A DNA stretch of 58,562 bases, from NCBI GenBank assembly GCA_021779915.1, contig JAJXZR010000008.1, forward strand, positions 1 to 58,562. Reading direction: 5' to 3'. Of this stretch, positions 53,672 to 58,562 are shown one piece after another (position 1 is the stretch's first letter; each line of letters starts with the position of its first letter). Origin of the DNA: a bacterium. Its GTDB lineage: Bacteria > Patescibacteriota > Minisyncoccia > CAIUEV01. The translations under genes were made by a program, and so were the position numbers. The notes under the pieces are model-generated. The model was not told where the DNA came from and searched no databases. It saw nothing but the letters and a program-made list of their open reading frames with translations.

Positions 53672-55534
53672 ATGCCATCTCCTTCGGAAGAACACTTTTT
53701 CCAAGATATCGAAAAAGTAAGGGACAACTCGAAATCTTTTTTCCAAGGGTCGCAGAAAAAACCTGTTGCCGGATTTATTTTTAATAAGCCGAGTAAAGAA
53801 AATGTTCTCAAACCAGCTAATCGTTTTGAGGATGAAGAAGAGGAGGAAGAAAGCAATTTTAATCCGCTTAATTTCAGGAAAGAAATTCCCTCTGCCGATC
53901 CCCGCATAGCCGAAGAAGAGGAAGAAAGGAAGAAAAGATTGGCCGAATCTATAAACCAAGATTTCAAAGATTCTTATCCCGAACAAATTGAAACTCAGGA
54001 GAAAACTGATTCAGAAATTCGCGATTCTTTGATTGAGGCTGAAGCCAAACCTGATGAAACGCCACAAGAAGAAATCGAACCGGAAACGAAAGTGTTGGAG
54101 TTAAATATAGACGGAAGTGAAGAGGAAAATGAACCATTAAATGAGGTTTCCTCCGTTGATAAAGAATCGGAATTAACAAACATAGAGACTGGGTTTACCC
54201 CCGCCCTAAAACACCCAGATCAAGATACAACCACGATACCACCCAGCATAGAACAAACCCAAATTGAAAAATCTTTAGAAGAACCTTTTAAGGAGGTCGG
54301 TCAAAGAGAATTAGACCAAGAAATGCCAGTAAAAATCTTTTCTGGGGAAAAAGAAAATGAGGAAGAGCAAAAACTAATTGACGAAGGAGAACCAAACGAA
54401 CAAGACGAGATCATACCCATAACTATAAATACAACTCCACCCCCATCTAAATTAGAAGTGAGGGAGATTCCCTTAGAAGCGAAACTTGAAAAAGAGCTGG
54501 AAGATCAGGCTAGTGTTAATCCTAACCTTTCCGAAGTTCTCGTAGAAGAGAAGCCTGAAGAGATTGCAAGATCAACACAAAACCAAGAGTTATCCTCAAA
54601 AGTTGATCCTGCTATTCTCTCGATTCCAAAAAATATCGAGGATGATTCAAATCAAGAAGTTAAAGAAAAAGATTTTTCTGAAGAAATTTTCAATGCTTGG
54701 GAAAAATTTAAAAATTCTACCGACAAGTCTGTTCGAGAAAAAATAATTAGCGAAATCGGCTATCAAATTGCCAGGGATCAAGAGACAAAAGGCAATGTTT
54801 TTGACGCTTATAAAGCCGTTGATAAGGCAGAAAGGAGTTTATTTTTCCGCCTGCTTATTTTAGATGAGAAAGAAGGAATTGAAGAAAAAACCCAAAAATC
54901 AATCAATTTAGCCCCATTGGAAGAAATAAAGGACGAAGAAAACAAAAACGAAGAAGAGACAGGATACCAAAAGAATATTCTCAAATCTTTTGCTCAATTC
55001 GAGAATGTTCCTCGAGAAGACAGAACTGTGCTTCGAGATTTCTTAAGTGACCTTCTGGAACGCTTAAGATTTCAAAAAAGAGAAGGGATTAAAGCACCTG
55101 CAGAAGAAGAGCTCGAAATTGAAGAAGAGGAAGAAGAGGAAATAGCAGAACTTGAAAATTTGAATAGTGAGCAAAACACTCCCATACCAGAAAAAATCGC
55201 ATTGAGAAATGATTTAAGCAGAGGAGAACTGGGAAAAATAATTATTGATTTAGCCAGAGAAGAGATTGAAAACAATGGTTCAATCCCAGATAACACTGTT
55301 TTGGAGAATGTCTACAATAAAGAATTTGAAGATTTTTTAAGATCTTGTAGCCTACTTGATTTAGAAGTTATCATAAAATCTAACAATAAAGTGCTGGAAG
55401 CTGCCAAAGAAAAAAATATTGAAAGTATTATAACCCTCTCCCAAGTTCTGGATACTTACTTAAAAACGAAAAGGGATGAAAAAGAGAGGGAGTTACGCGA
55501 ATATACTGCAAAAAGCCTGGAAAGCCGAGTTTAG
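53672..55534 (+). CDS. Highly acidic (Glu-rich) hypothetical protein
   Basis: A long uninterrupted ORF with E-runs (EDEEEEEES, EEEEERKKR, EIEEEEEEEIAE) and no TM. The antisense ORFs at 53650-53986 are shadows of it. Confidence 0.5.
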   Translation: MPSPSEEHFFQDIEKVRDNSKSFFQGSQKKPVAGFIFNKPSKENVLKPANRFEDEEEEEESNFNPLNFRKEIPSADPRIAEEEEERKKRLAESINQDFKDSYPEQIETQEKTDSEIRDSLIEAEAKPDETPQEEIEPETKVLELNIDGSEEENEPLNEVSSVDKESELTNIETGFTPALKHPDQDTTTIPPSIEQTQIEKSLEEPFKEVGQRELDQEMPVKIFSGEKENEEEQKLIDEGEPNEQDEIIPITINTTPPPSKLEVREIPLEAKLEKELEDQASVNPNLSEVLVEEKPEEIARSTQNQELSSKVDPAILSIPKNIEDDSNQEVKEKDFSEEIFNAWEKFKNSTDKSVREKIISEIGYQIARDQETKGNVFDAYKAVDKAERSLFFRLLILDEKEGIEEKTQKSINLAPLEEIKDEENKNEEETGYQKNILKSFAQFENVPREDRTVLRDFLSDLLERLRFQKREGIKAPAEEELEIEEEEEEEIAELENLNSEQNTPIPEKIALRNDLSRGELGKIIIDLAREEIENNGSIPDNTVLENVYNKEFEDFLRSCSLLDLEVIIKSNNKVLEAAKEKNIESIITLSQVLDTYLKTKRDEKERELREYTAKSLESRV

Positions 55535-55558
55535 ATTTTTCTTTTCAATTGAATAAAT

Positions 55559-55588
55559 AAAAGCCTCGATGTTTTATCGAGGCTTTTT
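55559..55588. terminator. Bidirectional terminator between convergent genes
   Basis: aaaagcctcgat-gtttt-atcgaggcttttt. Confidence 0.75.
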
Positions 55589-55592
55589 CTAT

Positions 55593-56276
55593 TTAACTAT
55601 TCGCCAAAGAGCAATTTTTACTTTTTAAAAGAAAAAAGCTGGCTGATCTATCTGGTCTTTCTGAGAGTCTTTTCTCTTCTCTCTCTTTTGTTTTCGAAAT
55701 TCCTTTGGCAGTCATCTTAACTCTGGCAAGTAAATGCCCTTTAATAAGTCTGCTTATTTCTTTCTTTTTGAGCCCAATAGCTTCAAAAGAAATTTCTGAC
55801 AATTCGTGATTAAAAAAATAGCCTCTTTTGGAGTCTGCGCTGATTTCAAAAGCTTGCAAAAAATATTGGCTTCTGATTGCCATTTCTGCCATCAAATCAG
55901 CATAACTGTTTGGGTGACAAATCGCTGATAAATCACTGGGAGGGTCATGCAGTCTTTGAAAAAGAGTAATAGCCAACCTACCGGAGCAGAATCGAATTAT
56001 TCTTTCTTTTTTTTCTTCAAGCTCCGCTAGAAGATTTCTCCCAAAGCCTTTTTCAAACATTTTTAAAACCAAATATTCAGGTTTTAAACAAAAAAGACTG
56101 CCGAGATCTTTAGGGTTGCAACTCTTTTTTACAATACCAAACTCCGGATGAATCGCTATTTTTTTTGCTTCTTTCCTGATTATTTCCAAAATTTCTTCAT
56201 CATTTTGGCAATAATCAAGCTCCCTAAGAGACTTTTTTATCCTGTCTTCCATGTTTATTATTTCCCTTTTTAACAT
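55593..56276 (-). CDS. Hypothetical protein
   Basis: A 227-aa ORF with coding-like composition. No motif recognised. Confidence 0.4.
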   Translation of the reverse strand: MLKREIINMEDRIKKSLRELDYCQNDEEILEIIRKEAKKIAIHPEFGIVKKSCNPKDLGSLFCLKPEYLVLKMFEKGFGRNLLAELEEKKERIIRFCSGRLAITLFQRLHDPPSDLSAICHPNSYADLMAEMAIRSQYFLQAFEISADSKRGYFFNHELSEISFEAIGLKKKEISRLIKGHLLARVKMTAKGISKTKEREEKRLSERPDRSASFFLLKSKNCSLANS

Positions 56277-56361
56277 TTTTCCTCCTTTTTGTCTTGGGAA
56301 TTTTAAAGTACTCCAAAAAGAAATCCTCCTTTTAGTTTTTTCAGTCTAGTAGAGTTTTATA

Positions 56362-56491
56362 AAAAATGGAAAATTAAAAAATCAAAATGGAAAATTAAAT
56401 GGAAAACTAAGGAGTCGATACAGCGACAATTGATTAAATGTGAGCATAGCTCACACCATAATTTTCCATTTTGATTTTTACATTTTCCATT
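56362..56491. repeat. Intergenic foldback palindrome with double-hairpin core
   Basis: Arms aaaaatggaaaattaaaaaatcaaaatggaaaatt / aattttccattttgatttttacattttccatt flank the core ggagtcgatacagcgacaattgattaaatgtgagcatagctcacacc (56411-56457). Confidence 0.75.
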
Positions 56492-56495
56492 ATCT

Positions 56496-57590
56496 TTAAT
56501 ATTCCAACACTTCAAGCCCCGGTAATGTTCCATTGGCAATATAGTCGAGCATCGCCCCCCCACCGGTAGAAACAAAGCCTACCTCATTTCGAAGATTGAG
56601 ACTGTCAAGAAGGGCAATTGTATCACCCCCTCCAACCAATCGGACGGCTTCTTTGTTTTGGCTAATTGCCTTTGCAATAATTACACTCCCCTTAGCATAT
56701 TGTGGATCTTCAAATTTTCCGACTGGTCCGTTCCAAAGAATTTTTTTGGCTCCGGAAAGAATTTCGGCAAAATGGTTTGCACTAAAAGCATCGATATCAA
56801 ACTTTTCTTCACCCAAATATCCGCTTGGAACCTCAATTTTTTTCATCCAACCTCCTTGCGGATTGTTTAACGCAAAAGACTCGTATTCCAAAGCGATTTT
56901 TCCCCCTAAAAGGATTTTGTCATAATGTTTTTCCAACGCTTCAAGTACTGGGACTTTTGTTTCAATTTTTGCTCCACCAACCAATGCCACACTCGGAGAA
57001 TAATCTTTCTCAATTAAAACATGAATTTCCCGTGCCTCTTCGCCCAGCCTAAGACCGGCAAAAGAGGGTAGCAACGAGGCAACGCCAACTACTGAGGCAT
57101 GCTCGCGATGGGAGGCGCTAAATGCTTCGTTAATAAATAAATCGTTTCCCATTGCTAAAAATTTCGCGAACTGGGGATCATTCTTTTTTTCTTCTTTCCA
57201 AAAACGAATATTTTCCCACAAAACAATTTCGTTCGGATCTTCCATAACTTTTCTGGCGTAGATCCGATAGTCATTCTCATAAGAAGGGCAAGAAACTTTC
57301 TCTCCCCAAAGTTTTTCCAATTCTTCCCAAACCGGCTTAAGAGAAAAATTTGCATCAAATTCGCCTTTGGGTCTCCCAAGATGAGTAAGAAGAACAATTT
57401 TACTTGCTCCCTTTTCCTTGAGAAGTTTAAGCGTTTCAAGACTTTCGACAATGCGATAATTATTGGTTACAACTCCTCCTTCAATTGGACAATTAAAATC
57501 AACCCTGACTAAAACCCTCTTTCCCTCTAAATTCATACCCAAAAGAGAAAGATTTTCTTGATTTTGACAAAATGTTCTAAGTGAAGACAT
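56496..57590 (-). CDS. pgk: Phosphoglycerate kinase
   Basis: RVDFNCPI, LLTHLGRPKG, ASHREHAS, VALVGGAKIETK, WNGPVGKFE and STGGGAMLDY. Confidence 0.9.
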   Translation of the reverse strand: MSSLRTFCQNQENLSLLGMNLEGKRVLVRVDFNCPIEGGVVTNNYRIVESLETLKLLKEKGASKIVLLTHLGRPKGEFDANFSLKPVWEELEKLWGEKVSCPSYENDYRIYARKVMEDPNEIVLWENIRFWKEEKKNDPQFAKFLAMGNDLFINEAFSASHREHASVVGVASLLPSFAGLRLGEEAREIHVLIEKDYSPSVALVGGAKIETKVPVLEALEKHYDKILLGGKIALEYESFALNNPQGGWMKKIEVPSGYLGEEKFDIDAFSANHFAEILSGAKKILWNGPVGKFEDPQYAKGSVIIAKAISQNKEAVRLVGGGDTIALLDSLNLRNEVGFVSTGGGAMLDYIANGTLPGLEVLEY

Positions 57591-57605
57591 GGGAATAAAA
57601 TTAAA

Positions 57606-57781
57606 AATTTCTAATTTCTAATTCACCTAATAAAATGACAAAGCTCGAATGACGAATGACAAATCAAACCCGAATGACAAATGACAAAATTTGGACTTTG
57701 GATTTTGTCATTGATTTGTCATTTGAAATTAGCCATTTGTCATTTTATTAGGTGAATTAGAAATTAGGTAAATTAGAAATT
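57606..57781. repeat. 176-bp nested intergenic foldback palindrome (words TTCTAATT, ATGACAA)
   Basis: aatttctaatttctaattcacctaataaaatgacaa pairs with ttgtcattttattaggtgaattagaaattaggtaaattagaaatt. The inner arms are atgacaaatgacaaaat / attttgtcattgatttgtcat. Confidence 0.8.
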
Positions 57782-57787
57782 CTAGTT

Positions 57788-58402
57788 TTATCCTCCTATA
57801 ATTGAACTAATTTGCCTGATTATAATAATTCCAGAAAGTGCTACTGTAATGCCAATTATGCTGTATTTGACAATTTGCTTGCCCTTTTGCACCTTGTCTT
57901 GATCCGCCCCTCCAAAGAGATACCAGATGCCTCCGATTACAAAGCTAATGACTGCAAGGGTTCCTACTATCGCAAGAAGGAAATTAACAATCCGAACTAA
58001 GATTTCTTTGGCGGAAAGATTGCTGAAGTTTAGTTGTTGTCCCAAGACAATAAAATAAACTTCATCCAAAATAACATTCGCCATCAGAATAACGATCAAC
58101 CCCAAAATTGAACCAACTAAGGCTTTTTTAGAAGCAGTTACCAGCCCGTCATTGGAAGTAACCCCGGCAAAAATATACAAAATCCCAGAAACAGCAATAA
58201 AAACGATAGCAATCCCACCTACAATCAACAAAAGATAACTCCTTATTTGTGAGGCTAACGAATTAACATCGTTATATTCCAGAGGGTTATCAACAGATAT
58301 TGTCTCAGCCTTAACATTCGCGTGAGAAAATAAAACCGCCAAAGACGCAAAGAAAGAGAATAAAGCTAGATGAAAAACTATTCTTTTGATTTTGGTATTC
58401 AT
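57788..58402 (-). CDS. Membrane protein made of two tandem TrbC/VirB2-like (type IV secretion pilin-like) modules
   Basis: Signal peptide (ALFSFFASLAVLFSHANVKA). Two repeats each have two TM helices around a short polar loop (IVGGIAIVFIAVSGILYIFAGVTSNDGLVTASKKALVGSILGLIV and IVGTLAVISFVIGGIWYLFGGADQDKVQKGKQIVKYSIIGITV). This layout is common for small VirB2-like pilins in CPR genomes; family assignment is from memory. Confidence 0.45.
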   Translation of the reverse strand: MNTKIKRIVFHLALFSFFASLAVLFSHANVKAETISVDNPLEYNDVNSLASQIRSYLLLIVGGIAIVFIAVSGILYIFAGVTSNDGLVTASKKALVGSILGLIVILMANVILDEVYFIVLGQQLNFSNLSAKEILVRIVNFLLAIVGTLAVISFVIGGIWYLFGGADQDKVQKGKQIVKYSIIGITVALSGIIIIRQISSIIGG

Positions 58403-58495
58403 TTTATTTTTTGATTACGCTTTTTAGAAACTCACTTCATAGTACAGGAAAAAAACTTTTATTCAAAAAATAAATAAAGTAAAATTGCCCACTTT

Positions 58496-58562
58496 GTGTC
58501 ACCCCGGACTCCGAGCTGGGATCCAGGAGGATAGAAAATTACTCTAATTATACTAATTATAC
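58496..58562. mobile_element. MITE-like element copy H (subfamily 1; runs off the window)
   Basis: gtgtcaccccggactccgagctgggatccaggaggatagaaaattactctaattatactaatt has a variant hairpin (CCCGG/CTGGG with a G-T pair) followed by the subfamily-1 interior. Confidence 0.7.

Noticed and set aside
53650-53986. Two minus-strand ORFs (105 and 109 aa) overlapping the start of the acidic protein gene.
   Set aside because: They are the complement of GAA/GAG-rich coding sequence, which gives S/F/L-rich shadow ORFs. The 620-aa plus-strand ORF is far longer and uninterrupted.
1-58562. Alternative genetic code (TGA as a sense codon, as in some CPR-related lineages).
   Set aside because: Conserved proteins (FtsH, EF-G, SecY, PilB, PilT, GatA) read through at full length with standard stops. 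TGA terminates several well-defined genes, for example pilB at 40959 and the sulfotransferase at 12184. The standard bacterial code fits.

Overview
This is a low-GC, gene-dense bacterial chromosome segment. All calls rest on motif recognition by eye; no database or HMM search was possible. The gene content looks like a Candidate Phyla Radiation / Patescibacteria genome (inference): archaeal-type TyrRS, an INS-less ProRS, a secretin-less type IV pilus operon, a VirB2-like pilin, RNase Y, lone PFOR-gamma and ATP-synthase-epsilon genes, and almost no metabolism. Housekeeping genes are secF, secD, ftsH, gatA, tRNA-Arg(UCU), tyrS, proS, rny, fusA, secY, tatD and pgk. Envelope and surface genes are a lamin-tail-domain protein, an L,D-transpeptidase, an LCP protein, a GT2, an ICMT-like methyltransferase, a secreted PTP-type phosphatase, a pilM-N-O-x-pilB-REC-pilT-pilC-3 pilins operon (36.2-45.5 kb, minus strand), and three very large cysteine-rich secreted proteins (25.0-32.8 kb). 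Five things stand out. (1) The cysteine-rich proteins are a tandem paralogous pair: one copy is a single 1181-aa gene, the other is split into adjacent 877-aa and 404-aa genes. They have no family I can name, lie next to the pilus locus and are bounded by repeat elements. (2) A hairpin-ended MITE-like family (termini GTGTCATCCCGGGCTTGACCCGGGATCCAGG) has 8 copies plus fragments, all intergenic. The terminal hairpins show compensatory changes, and one inverted pair brackets a single gene. (3) Long intergenic foldback palindromes occupy most intergenic regions of this window. Their arms are built from short A/T-rich words. Two subfamilies stand out: one with a conserved apex on unrelated perfect 40-46 bp stems, and one with a conserved double-hairpin core. 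(4) Next to the tRNA-Arg gene there is a duplication of the tRNA 3' end, a structured RNA candidate and a decayed gene. These are followed by a sulfotransferase / kinase-like / methyltransferase operon with a divergent Hsp70-like ATPase, which may be an island remnant. (5) Unusual domain architectures include SecD with an embedded parvulin PPIase segment, a MEMO-AMMECR1 fusion and a tandem VirB2-like pilin. No CRISPR array, rRNA, transposase, integrase or reverse transcriptase was seen.
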